A stretch of DNA of 64,000 nt from Candidatus Aminicenantaceae bacterium (lineage in GTDB: Bacteria; Acidobacteriota; Aminicenantia; Aminicenantales; Aminicenantaceae). The stretch is from assembly GCA_041862375.1 (NCBI GenBank), contig JBGVTE010000141.1, forward strand, positions 83,872-147,871. The letters run 5' to 3'. Made by a program: the position numbers and the translations under genes. This document shows, in pieces, positions 19,112 through 28,073 of this stretch. The notes beneath the pieces were generated by a model. That model saw only the letters and a program-made list of their open reading frames with translations, was not told the DNA's origin and searched no databases. Position 1 is the first letter of the stretch. Each line of letters begins with the position of its first letter.

Positions 19112-20233
19112 ATGCTGCGTTTTGCTCTTCGCTTCATCAGCTACGACAAGCCTAAATCGATCGGTGTCATCTTGGGCATCGTAATCTCGATTTTCCTGGT
19201 CGGCCAACAGACAGGAATCTTCCTCTTCCTGACTGGAGCCATGTCATCTCTGGTCAACAACACAAAAGCCGACATCTGGGTGGTCGATAACAGGACGACA
19301 AACGTCAACGCCCTGGGGCCAATCGATATCCGAATCGGCTATCAGATCGAATCCCTTCCCGGTGTTAAAAAGGCCTATCCCCTGGTAATTGCAGGTGGTT
19401 CGGCTAAGTTCCGGGACGGGAAATCGGCTCCTGTCCAGATTATAGGCTCCCTGCCTCCCAGTTTCCGAGGAGGGCCCTGGAATATCGTCAAAGGCAGTCT
19501 TGATAACCTCATCGATGAGGGTGCAGTTTCGTCTGATGTCTTCGATAAGAAAAACCTGAATAACGCAGATCTGGGGACCCAGTTCGAGATCAACGGCAAG
19601 CGCGTCATAATAAGTGTCCAAACTAGGGGAGTGAGGAGCTTCGGTGGTATCTTTATTTTCACGACAGATTCAAGAGCCCGTGAGTTGGGAAAGATTCCCA
19701 AAAACAAGGTCAGTGCCTTCCTAATCGATGTGGAGGAAGGAGCGGATCCGCTAGCAATTCGTGACTACATCAACAGGACATTGTTCGGGGTGCGGGCTTG
19801 GACGAAAAAGGAATTTTCGAGGGCGACAGTCTCGACCATCCTCTCAACCAGCGGCATCGCCTTCTCAATCGGCACACTCATTATCTTTGCTGCTATATCG
19901 GGGATGATCATCATCGGTTTGACCATGTATTCAGCGGCTGTGGACAGGCTCCGGGACTACGGGACACTCAAGGCGATCGGAGCTGACAACACTTACATAC
20001 GAAACCTGATCTTGACTCAGGCTATCTTCTTTGCGCTCACAGGCTATGGGATAGCCATTATCCTCATCCAAGGATTTCAGAGAGGGATTGCTAACTCAGG
20101 CGTATTATTTAACTATAGTACAGCAATTAAAATCGCTTTCTTCATTGTTACTATCCTTATCTCCCTTGGTGGAGCAGCGTTTGCTATGCACCGTATAGCC
20201 AGGCTAGAGCCTGCTAGTGTATTCAGAGCATGA
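19112..20233 (+). CDS. FtsX/MacB-type ABC transporter permease
   Basis: Begins MLRFALRFISYDKPKSIGVILGIVISIFLVG (typical FtsX N-terminus). The ORF-track start at 18992 would overlap the MFP gene by 100 nt, so the ATG at 19112 is preferred. Confidence 0.8.
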   Translation: MLRFALRFISYDKPKSIGVILGIVISIFLVGQQTGIFLFLTGAMSSLVNNTKADIWVVDNRTTNVNALGPIDIRIGYQIESLPGVKKAYPLVIAGGSAKFRDGKSAPVQIIGSLPPSFRGGPWNIVKGSLDNLIDEGAVSSDVFDKKNLNNADLGTQFEINGKRVIISVQTRGVRSFGGIFIFTTDSRARELGKIPKNKVSAFLIDVEEGADPLAIRDYINRTLFGVRAWTKKEFSRATVSTILSTSGIAFSIGTLIIFAAISGMIIIGLTMYSAAVDRLRDYGTLKAIGADNTYIRNLILTQAIFFALTGYGIAIILIQGFQRGIANSGVLFNYSTAIKIAFFIVTILISLGGAAFAMHRIARLEPASVFRA

Positions 20234-20385
20234 CCTTAACTCGCACCTGGCATTCACAGCAATGACAAATAACAGAAATACGAAAATATGATATAAAATA
20301 CTATAAAGAAGAAGGCGGATGGGGAAGTGAAGAAGTAAGATGTAACTGTGATTATTGTTGATGGCGGGTTATTGAAAAGAGAAAT

Positions 20386-21504
20386 TTATCTTTTTTTCAC
20401 CTCATTAAGGGTTTCTTCGATGAGTGAAAGGCCGTTCAGTAAATATTCTTCCTCACTCCCGAATCCAAAACGGAGGTAATGGTCCATTTCAAAATGGTCT
20501 CCGGGAACGATGAGAACACTTTTTTCATGAATGAGCTTTTGTACTAGTTGAGTTGAGTTTATCTTTAGATTGTAACTTATAAAGGCGATAGCACCAGCTT
20601 GTGGTCGGACAAGATTGAGAATGCCATCTTGTTTATGAACCCATGATTCAAACAGAGCAAAGTTTGTTTTCAGGATGCTTTTTGTCCTTTCCAGTATTTT
20701 TTCTCGGTTGTGAGGAGTAAGAGCGATTTGAGCGAGCCGGTCACATAAAATACTCGGTGCTATGGTGGTGTAGTCATGGTAAGGCCATGTTCTTTTAATT
20801 AATTCTTCAGGCGCAACAATCCAGCCTATTCTCAAGCCAGGAAGACCGTAAGCTTTGGAGAGGCCATTGACCACAATAACCTTATCATATTTCCCATAAA
20901 AGCTTTGAGTTAACTTTCCCGCGAATTCTGCTCCCTGGTACACTTCATCAGCCAGAATCCAAGCTCCCGACGTGTCAGCACAATTTACTATGGTTTCCAT
21001 TGCCTCTTCGCTTAAAATAGCTCCAGTAGGATTATTGGGATTTGTAATAACAATCAGTTTTGTTTTATCAGTAACCAATTTCTTTAGCTCTTCCAAGTCA
21101 GGAGCCCAGTTTAAATTCTCCCTGAGGTAAAGAGGCTTTACAGAGGCTCCGAATCCCCTTAAGAGCCCCCACATTTGCATGTAATTGGGAAGCATGAAGA
21201 TAACCTCGTCGCCAGGCTCAATTTTACTCCAGATTGAGATAAAGTTGGCTTCAGCAGAACCATTTGTCACCAAGATATGTTCTTCTGAACTCTGAGCATA
21301 GAGTTTAGATATCAATTCTCTTAGTTCAGGTGTGCCGTTAGTCTGGCAATAGCCGAGCCTTAGCATTTGTATTTCCTCTAGTTCTTCTTGTGAAATAAAC
21401 TCTTGGAGAGAAAGAGGATGGACTCCACTTTCAGAAAGGTTATAAGAGACAACATTTTCCCAGACTGATTGCATTCGTTCCATTTTAAAAGGTTCTATTT
21501 TCAT
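20386..21504 (-). CDS. Class I/II PLP-dependent aminotransferase
   Basis: Fold-type I pattern with 'SKAYGLPGLRIGW' (PLP-Lys), ~370 aa. Confidence 0.85.
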   Translation of the reverse strand: MKIEPFKMERMQSVWENVVSYNLSESGVHPLSLQEFISQEELEEIQMLRLGYCQTNGTPELRELISKLYAQSSEEHILVTNGSAEANFISIWSKIEPGDEVIFMLPNYMQMWGLLRGFGASVKPLYLRENLNWAPDLEELKKLVTDKTKLIVITNPNNPTGAILSEEAMETIVNCADTSGAWILADEVYQGAEFAGKLTQSFYGKYDKVIVVNGLSKAYGLPGLRIGWIVAPEELIKRTWPYHDYTTIAPSILCDRLAQIALTPHNREKILERTKSILKTNFALFESWVHKQDGILNLVRPQAGAIAFISYNLKINSTQLVQKLIHEKSVLIVPGDHFEMDHYLRFGFGSEEEYLLNGLSLIEETLNEVKKR

Positions 21505-21526
21505 GACTGTATCCTTTCAGGAAATG

Positions 21527-22354
21527 TCAAATTTCAACCCTGAAAATCCCTTTAAGTACAAAACCAAAAATTATTGATAAGGCAAAATAGACGATAAGCC
21601 AGTGTATGCGCCAGCCGAAAAGATCCATGTTTTTTGATGGATACATTACTTCTACCGCTTTAACAGGTAAAGCTCCTGGTAGAGGAGCTTCACCCGGATT
21701 GTACATTTCATCGATAAAGTTCCGACTTACTTTGAGAGGAGAGATTTTAGTAAAGGATCTTTGAGCTACAGAAACTTTTTTTGTAAATTTCTGGTCGTTT
21801 ATCTCAAAATTAAGTATATGGAGACCTTTTTCTCTTGCTTTCAGCCTCCAGTTTATCTCATTTTCATCTTCAATCCTCAGAGGAGGAGTATCGATTATTA
21901 AAGCCTGAGATGCTTCAATAGCGATATCGAAATCTAAAGGATTTTGATACTCCTTTAATTTTACTTTTAAAATTGTTTCCTCTCCAGTCTTTAAAGATTG
22001 GTATCCAAACCAGAGATTAAGCTGAAATAGTATTAGCACAAGGGGAATTATCATTATCAACAGGGGTTTTACTGAGTAACTGAGATATTTTAGGTTATAA
22101 CGAAGGATTTTTCCCTGAGCCTTGAGTGTTAATCTCAGACTGTCTTTGAAAAGTCGAAGTTCGAGAAGGTGAGCTTTTATTTTATCTTTGACTTTTCTAA
22201 TTCCTTCCTGGTTGGATGCGAAACGGAAGATGAGAAGCATCATAAGTCCAGTCAGAAGCGAGATTAGAATCATGCCAAACCAAGGGCTTAGATTTCTAAA
22301 AGGCATAAAGATGAATTCAAATAATTTGCTGAAAAGCGAGTTAAAAAACCACAT
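21527..22354 (-). CDS. Hypothetical membrane protein (3 TM; coiled-coil between TM1 and TM2)
   Basis: Hydrophobic segments at ~25-43, ~97-117 and ~252-271 with a charged helical segment between; no family recognised. Confidence 0.55.
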   Translation of the reverse strand: MWFFNSLFSKLFEFIFMPFRNLSPWFGMILISLLTGLMMLLIFRFASNQEGIRKVKDKIKAHLLELRLFKDSLRLTLKAQGKILRYNLKYLSYSVKPLLIMIIPLVLILFQLNLWFGYQSLKTGEETILKVKLKEYQNPLDFDIAIEASQALIIDTPPLRIEDENEINWRLKAREKGLHILNFEINDQKFTKKVSVAQRSFTKISPLKVSRNFIDEMYNPGEAPLPGALPVKAVEVMYPSKNMDLFGWRIHWLIVYFALSIIFGFVLKGIFRVEI

Positions 22355-22373
22355 AATATAAGTTATGACTTTG

Positions 22374-22565
22374 TTATGAAATGTAACCGAGTCCTTTAAG
22401 CTTTTTCTTGATCTCTTCTTCAGAGCCTGATTCTTCTATTTTGGCAATCTCTTTTTCCAGACAGTGAGTGATAAACTCTTCTGGGGAAGAATAGCCTGAT
22501 AATTGGGCTAATTTTTTAACCTTGTCCAATAAATCTTTATCAATCTTAATTTTGGCTTTGCCCAT
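22374..22565 (-). CDS. Small ribbon-helix-helix-like protein (hypothetical)
   Basis: 63 aa, 'AKIKIDKDLLDKVKKLAQLSGYSSPEEFI...' beta-strand then helix-helix pattern; good RBS (aggag). Confidence 0.45.
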   Translation of the reverse strand: MGKAKIKIDKDLLDKVKKLAQLSGYSSPEEFITHCLEKEIAKIEESGSEEEIKKKLKGLGYIS

Positions 22566-22621
22566 GTATATCTCCTAAATTTATTTTTCTAGTTAATTTC
22601 ATTCTCGGTCTTTCTCATTAC

Positions 22622-24607
22622 TTAAAATACAGGTTTCCCGATCATCTCTTTTGGTTGCTCAATCCCGAATATAGAAAGGATTGTAGGAGTCAAATCATAA
22701 AGAGCAGGATATTCAGCCTTTACTTTTCTGTTAATAAAGAGAATTCCGGGTATAACACTTGAGTCCATGCAGTGATCTCCGCTCCATTTTTCAGTGTTGT
22801 CTTCAATGACATTTAGCGGAATTCGGCCGAGAGGTGTACTCCATGAAGCACGGTAACCACGGTTGTAGCCGACAATAATATCAGGGGCCTGCTCAACATA
22901 ACGGCCTTTGTAGATATCTTTTGCAGCGTAGGCTTTTAAAATCACCGCTTCACCTGTTTTCGGGTCCTTGGCCTTTTCCAGTTTTTGAATAATTTCTCTG
23001 ACCAATGCTTCCTTTTCTCCACCAGGTTTCACGATTCCTTCTCTTTCCCTCCCTTCTTGATTAATATAGAGACTGTTTATTCCATAAGCGTAAGCCTTTG
23101 TTTTTGACCAATTTGTGTTTAAGAAGAATTCTTCTCGGCCCTGTCTCCATCTATTGATGAGATTAAGGTATCCATTTTCTTTGAGCCATGTGTTTAAATT
23201 GAATGAGCGGCGGAATGGAGTAAAGCCATGGTCTGACATGACCATCAGGATAGTGTTTTTATCTGTCTTTTCCATTGCCTTTGCCAGAAATTTATCCATT
23301 TCAAGATAGATATTCTCAATTACTTTCCCGTATTTAGATGCAAGAGTGGAGTCGTACATAGGATGTTCCTTGTCTATAAGGCGCCAGAACATATGCTGCC
23401 GTTGGTCGGTGCTTGAGACATAGTAAAAAAGAAGTCCGGAGTCGAACCTCGATAATTCATGGTCAAACATCTCTTCTCTTTCCTTCAGCACAAAGTCGTC
23501 TATTTTAAGGAATTCATGTTCATCTAAAACACCGTGATCAAGTGCTTTAGTGTCAGCTGGTAAACCTTTAGTAAAGAAAGGCCCGAATTTCTTTTCGAGC
23601 TCCTCCGAGTAGCTTTTGGGTGTGGAAATGGGAAGAGCTGCATTTCCTGGGTCTATATTAATCGGAGAAACGTAAAGCTTAAAATGAGGACGGATTTGTT
23701 TAAGGTAAAACTGGCAAATTCCGCTTACGCTCTGGGTAGGAATCATAGAGAATCGAACTTTCTTCCACTCGCTCCATTCTCCTTCCTTAAGTATGAATTC
23801 GTTGTTTTGAATTAGAATCTTGGCTACAAGATTTACGGGATCGATAAAAACTTTGAAATCGATCGAGGATTCAGGCCGATCTTTTTTAAATGTATTCCGA
23901 GGACCGGGAAGCTTATCTTCAACTATATTATCAATCACAAATACTTCATGGATTCTTCCTCCTCCTATATCTTCCTTTAATTCTGTTGGCTCTGTTGTGT
24001 AGTAGTTAAAAATACCGTATGTGCCAAGGATATCCGGAGTGTTCATTCCGGAGATTGTTCTTTGCTTTGTGTGAACTGGAGGGTAATTGGATGGGATTTT
24101 AAAGATAGTAGCGGGGATATCGTATTCTTCAAGAATCTTCCAGAAGGCTTTTCCCTGACGGAGCTGTTTAACCTCTCCTCCGGAGAGGGGGAAGACATAA
24201 TCTCCGATTGTTATCGTCTTTTTTGCTTCTTCAGTTTGAGAAGAGGAAAACACAGGGAGATAATTTTCTGGATCTCGATGAATGAAGTCGAAAATTGCAT
24301 GGCCGCCGGGGTTAGTTCCTGTTATGAAATTTGACCAGGCTACCGGACTCTGAGGCGGATTGCTTGTGCGAAGTGCTTTAAAACTTCCTTCGCTTCTCAG
24401 GCGCTGGAAATGGGGAAGTTTTCCTTGGTCCATTAATATTTGGACAAGGTGAGGATCCATTCCGTCAAGCCCGAGAATTATTACTTTTTTTGATGTTTCC
24501 CTTTTTCCAAAGGCTCTTAAAAGGCGCTCTGAAGTTGTCCCTAAGGTAAAAATTGAACCTGCACTTAAGCTCAGTTTGATGAATTCTCTCCTGTTCAATT
24601 TATTCAT
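22622..24607 (-). CDS. Alkaline-phosphatase-superfamily enzyme (type I phosphodiesterase / nucleotide pyrophosphatase-like), Tat-secreted
   Basis: Tat signal MNKLNRREFIKLSLSAGS; metal-site motifs 'ILGLDGMDP' and 'MSDHGF'. Confidence 0.85.
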   Translation of the reverse strand: MNKLNRREFIKLSLSAGSIFTLGTTSERLLRAFGKRETSKKVIILGLDGMDPHLVQILMDQGKLPHFQRLRSEGSFKALRTSNPPQSPVAWSNFITGTNPGGHAIFDFIHRDPENYLPVFSSSQTEEAKKTITIGDYVFPLSGGEVKQLRQGKAFWKILEEYDIPATIFKIPSNYPPVHTKQRTISGMNTPDILGTYGIFNYYTTEPTELKEDIGGGRIHEVFVIDNIVEDKLPGPRNTFKKDRPESSIDFKVFIDPVNLVAKILIQNNEFILKEGEWSEWKKVRFSMIPTQSVSGICQFYLKQIRPHFKLYVSPINIDPGNAALPISTPKSYSEELEKKFGPFFTKGLPADTKALDHGVLDEHEFLKIDDFVLKEREEMFDHELSRFDSGLLFYYVSSTDQRQHMFWRLIDKEHPMYDSTLASKYGKVIENIYLEMDKFLAKAMEKTDKNTILMVMSDHGFTPFRRSFNLNTWLKENGYLNLINRWRQGREEFFLNTNWSKTKAYAYGINSLYINQEGREREGIVKPGGEKEALVREIIQKLEKAKDPKTGEAVILKAYAAKDIYKGRYVEQAPDIIVGYNRGYRASWSTPLGRIPLNVIEDNTEKWSGDHCMDSSVIPGILFINRKVKAEYPALYDLTPTILSIFGIEQPKEMIGKPVF

Positions 24608-26744
24608 TTTTTCTTTCCTTTTTGTCTTTGAAAAAATACCGGGGATTTATCAGGGAATTTCCGTCCATGTGTTGAGGGGCTTGAAAGCCGAATAACTCAA
24701 GAGCAGTGGGAGCTATGTCAATCAGGGATGGGGATTTGATTTTAATTTTCTTGGTACAGAAGAATACTCCTGGAACTATTCGAGGGTCTATGCAGTGGTC
24801 TCCACTCCAGGCTTTTGTATTATCATCGAAAGCACGATTATTTACTTTCCCTGTAACTGAGTCCCAGGAAATACGGTACCCCTCGTTGTATCCGATGATA
24901 AGGTCAGGGCAATGTTCCTTATAAGGACCTGGTGGAAGCTCATCCCTGTCATAGACTTTGTTAATTGCCACCTCTCCATGCATTTCATCCTTGAGGCCAC
25001 TCAATTTGCTGATAAGCTCTTCTTTTAAAGCCTGCGTTTCCTCACCAGGATTGACTATTCCCTTTGATTCTCTTCCTTTCTGGTTTATGTACAGACCACC
25101 CAGACCCAGTGCGTAAGCTTTGGTTCTTTCCCAGTCAACGTCTTTAAACCACTCATCGCTCACATCCTTTTCCTCGTTTAAAGATAAGTAACCTTTGATA
25201 TGAAGCCATGAGTTAAGGTTGACTCCTCGCCGGAACGATTTAAAACCGTGGTCAGACATGATGATTAGTAGGCTTTTAGTGTCAATTTCATTCCTGATTC
25301 TTCCTACCATTTCATCCATTTTTATGTAGAGGTCCTCAATTACTTTGTGATTCATCGTGGCTTGTCTGTCTTTCAGGGAAGGATTCTTGATGTCAAGATA
25401 TCGCCAGAACATATGCTGGATGCTGTCGGTTGTCTCAAAGACGCAGATAACAAGTCCCTTTTTTGTTTTCTCCATGGCATTGAAGAGCATATTTTCCCAT
25501 TCCTTATGATTGGCGTAAGTCAATTCCAGGAAAGCTTTTTCGCTGAGTATGTTTTCATTGAGAGCCCAAGTATCGTTAGCTTCGCCCAGTGTTATGAAGC
25601 TCCCCAGGAGTTTTGCCAGGTATATCGAGTAGATAAATGGATGGGAAATGGGAAGAGCCGGCTTTTCAGGGTCGATATTGAGTGGACTTAGATACATTTC
25701 AAAGTGAGGAGATATTTGAGAAATATAAAATTTGCAGATTGCTCTTATTTTCATGCCCCAACCAGGGCAGAAAGTGAGCTTCACCCAGTCAGAGAAGGTT
25801 TCTTTTTTCAAGATAAATTTTTTCCCAGATACTTCAACAAGTGCCTCCTCTTTTTCTCTATCTATAGTTATTTTAAGCGGAAGGCAAAGTTCTTCTTCTT
25901 TTTTTAAGAGAGAATTATCAGGGCCTGATATGTAAGTTTCAATCTCGTTTCCTTCGATTTTAACCGGAATTGTTATTCCTTCCTCCAGTTTCCTTAGATT
26001 TTCTTTGTCTGAAGTATAAAATGAGAAGGTTCCTTGACTTCCCTTGAGGTCAGGAGCACACATGCCAGAGAGGAGGTGGCCTGAGAATTTTTCAGGCGGA
26101 AATGTAATAGGAACTCTTAAGATAGTGCTAAAAATTCCTTTTTCTCCCAGGATTTTCCAGAAAGGAATGCTTCTGCGTAGTCCCTTGATTTCAGGTTTTG
26201 AAAGAGGAATGCTATATTTTCCGAAAGAAAGGACTCTCTTGGGCTTGCCGATTCTGGCAGAGGAGAGGTCAGGCAGATATGTTTTGGGATCTCGGCTGAG
26301 AAAATCAAAAATATTGTGTTTTGAAGGATTAGAACCTGTCATGAAAGAAGACCAGGCCACAGGAGATATAGCGGGAGTTGTCGTTTTAAGAGGAGTATAG
26401 GTTCCTTCGTCTTTAATCTTGGAGAAATTGGGAAGTTTACCTTCCGACATATATTTCTCCACAAGGGATGGTTCTAGGCCGTCGAGCCCGACTATTACCA
26501 GCTTGCTGATTTTACTCTTTTTGTAGGCTTTTTGCCCTCTTATTGTTCGCAAGAGAAAACGAAAGGGCCAGGATATAAAAGAGAAAATAGCCAGAAAAAA
26601 AGTTATAAAAAGAATGAGGAATGAAGAGAGGAAGGCAAAACCAGCTCCAGGGCCTATGTAAGCTTCAAGAGGAATGACAGCAGAGATTAAGAAAAGCATA
26701 AAAAGGCCAAATTTTCTATTCTTTCTAGAGATTTTTATCATCAT
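24600..26744 (-). CDS. Alkaline-phosphatase-superfamily enzyme paralog, membrane-anchored
   Basis: N-terminal TM segments, then 'VIVGLDGLEPSL' and 'MSDHGF'; overlaps the flanking paralogs by a few nt (operon). Confidence 0.85.
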   Translation of the reverse strand: MMIKISRKNRKFGLFMLFLISAVIPLEAYIGPGAGFAFLSSFLILFITFFLAIFSFISWPFRFLLRTIRGQKAYKKSKISKLVIVGLDGLEPSLVEKYMSEGKLPNFSKIKDEGTYTPLKTTTPAISPVAWSSFMTGSNPSKHNIFDFLSRDPKTYLPDLSSARIGKPKRVLSFGKYSIPLSKPEIKGLRRSIPFWKILGEKGIFSTILRVPITFPPEKFSGHLLSGMCAPDLKGSQGTFSFYTSDKENLRKLEEGITIPVKIEGNEIETYISGPDNSLLKKEEELCLPLKITIDREKEEALVEVSGKKFILKKETFSDWVKLTFCPGWGMKIRAICKFYISQISPHFEMYLSPLNIDPEKPALPISHPFIYSIYLAKLLGSFITLGEANDTWALNENILSEKAFLELTYANHKEWENMLFNAMEKTKKGLVICVFETTDSIQHMFWRYLDIKNPSLKDRQATMNHKVIEDLYIKMDEMVGRIRNEIDTKSLLIIMSDHGFKSFRRGVNLNSWLHIKGYLSLNEEKDVSDEWFKDVDWERTKAYALGLGGLYINQKGRESKGIVNPGEETQALKEELISKLSGLKDEMHGEVAINKVYDRDELPPGPYKEHCPDLIIGYNEGYRISWDSVTGKVNNRAFDDNTKAWSGDHCIDPRIVPGVFFCTKKIKIKSPSLIDIAPTALELFGFQAPQHMDGNSLINPRYFFKDKKERKNE

Positions 26745-26745
26745 T

Positions 26746-28038
26746 TTAGAAGCCCATTAGTTTTATCTCTGCTAAATCGGAGATCGAGAGATCGGGGCCG
26801 TAGTTTTTATCAGCCCAGAAAAAAGCATCGTCCCATGTGTGCATGCCTTGGAGATTGGTTCTGCCAAAAACTTCTTTTTTCTTGACAGAGCCTTTCATAT
26901 CGAATCCATATTCAGAGAGAACGAGTAAATCTGGTCCCTCGGAGAGATATGGGCCAGAATAAATCTCTTCAGCATCAAAAACTCTGCTGACTACTTTTTT
27001 ACCTTTGTATTCCAATTTTTCCAGTTCTTTTTTGATTTCCTCCTTTAATGCTTTTTTCTCAGGATTATTAACTGTACCTTTAGGAAACTTTTCTTTCAAA
27101 TTGAGGTAAATACGGTTTGGATCCAGGGCGAAAGCTTTACTTTGCTGAGATATTTCAGTCAGACTCTCAGGGGAAGAACTCTCGAATTTTAAATACCCCT
27201 TATCCACTAGCCAGGCATTAAGATAAACTTCCTGTTCAATTTCTGTGAAACCGTGGTCCGAAAGGAGGTAAAGTCCTTCATCGTCTTTATTTATATTTCT
27301 GAAAGAAGTAACTATATCGCCTATAATTTGGTCAATTTTTCGATAATAATCAAGGAAATTCTGATGGTAGATGTGGTTCTTATCTTTGTAGGCAGGCCAG
27401 AGGAAGTGGTGGAGCCTGTCAGTTCCTGTAATCACTAATTCAAAATAGTCCCAGTCTTCTTTCCAGAGAAAATTCCATGCTTTCTTTCTGCCCTCAAGAG
27501 TTTTTTCCAGCTCATTCCAGAGAAAGTCGTGATTTTCCCTGGATTTAAGGGTATCGATGTCTATCTGATAGCCCATTTTTTCAAGAGGATCTCTGTATTC
27601 AGAAGGGAAAACAGCTTTATCCAGGTCGAGAGCTACAAAACCTGATATCAATACTCCGTTAATTTTTCTGGCTGGATATGTCGAAGGTTGGTTGATGATT
27701 ATACATCTTAGATTCTTTTTTCCAAGAACATCCCAGAATGTTTCTTTTTTTAGGTCGAGAAAATTGGGGAAGCGAAGCTCGTAAGAGTTTTTTTTGAGGT
27801 CTGTAAAGCCGAAGATTCCGTGAGTAGCGGGATTTGTTCCTGTCATGAAATTTGTCCAACTTACAGCAGAGATCTCTGGAAGGCTAGCTTTTATTTTGTG
27901 AAGGTGGCCTGAATTGATAAGTTCTGCTGTGGCCGGCATTATCCCTTTTTGAGCGAGTTCCCGGAGCAGAGAGTAGGGGACACCATCTAATCCTATGACA
28001 CAAACACGGTTTTTGTGTTTCTTCTTAAGGAAAACCAT
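26746..28038 (-). CDS. Alkaline-phosphatase-superfamily enzyme paralog, cytoplasmic (no signal)
   Basis: 'VCVIGLDGVPYSL', 'LSDHGF'; 430 aa. Confidence 0.85.
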   Translation of the reverse strand: MVFLKKKHKNRVCVIGLDGVPYSLLRELAQKGIMPATAELINSGHLHKIKASLPEISAVSWTNFMTGTNPATHGIFGFTDLKKNSYELRFPNFLDLKKETFWDVLGKKNLRCIIINQPSTYPARKINGVLISGFVALDLDKAVFPSEYRDPLEKMGYQIDIDTLKSRENHDFLWNELEKTLEGRKKAWNFLWKEDWDYFELVITGTDRLHHFLWPAYKDKNHIYHQNFLDYYRKIDQIIGDIVTSFRNINKDDEGLYLLSDHGFTEIEQEVYLNAWLVDKGYLKFESSSPESLTEISQQSKAFALDPNRIYLNLKEKFPKGTVNNPEKKALKEEIKKELEKLEYKGKKVVSRVFDAEEIYSGPYLSEGPDLLVLSEYGFDMKGSVKKKEVFGRTNLQGMHTWDDAFFWADKNYGPDLSISDLAEIKLMGF

Positions 28039-28073
28039 GTAGATAGACTATTATAAACTTAAGGTTTAGGTTG

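Noticed and set aside
18117-19707. Cluster of 60-125-aa ORFs on the minus strand (18117..18455, 18313..18693, 18585..18767, 18767..18973, 19244..19621, 19375..19707)
   Set aside because: They lie antisense to the GC-rich HlyD/FtsX genes, whose composition suppresses stop codons on the opposite strand. They have no RBS or motifs and fully overlap confidently called genes.
21527-22354. Assignment of the 3-TM/coiled-coil membrane protein to the YidC/Oxa1/DUF106 insertase superfamily
   Set aside because: The topology (TM, coiled-coil, TM, large insert, TM) is suggestive, but I cannot point to conserved residues; too speculative to call from sequence by eye.
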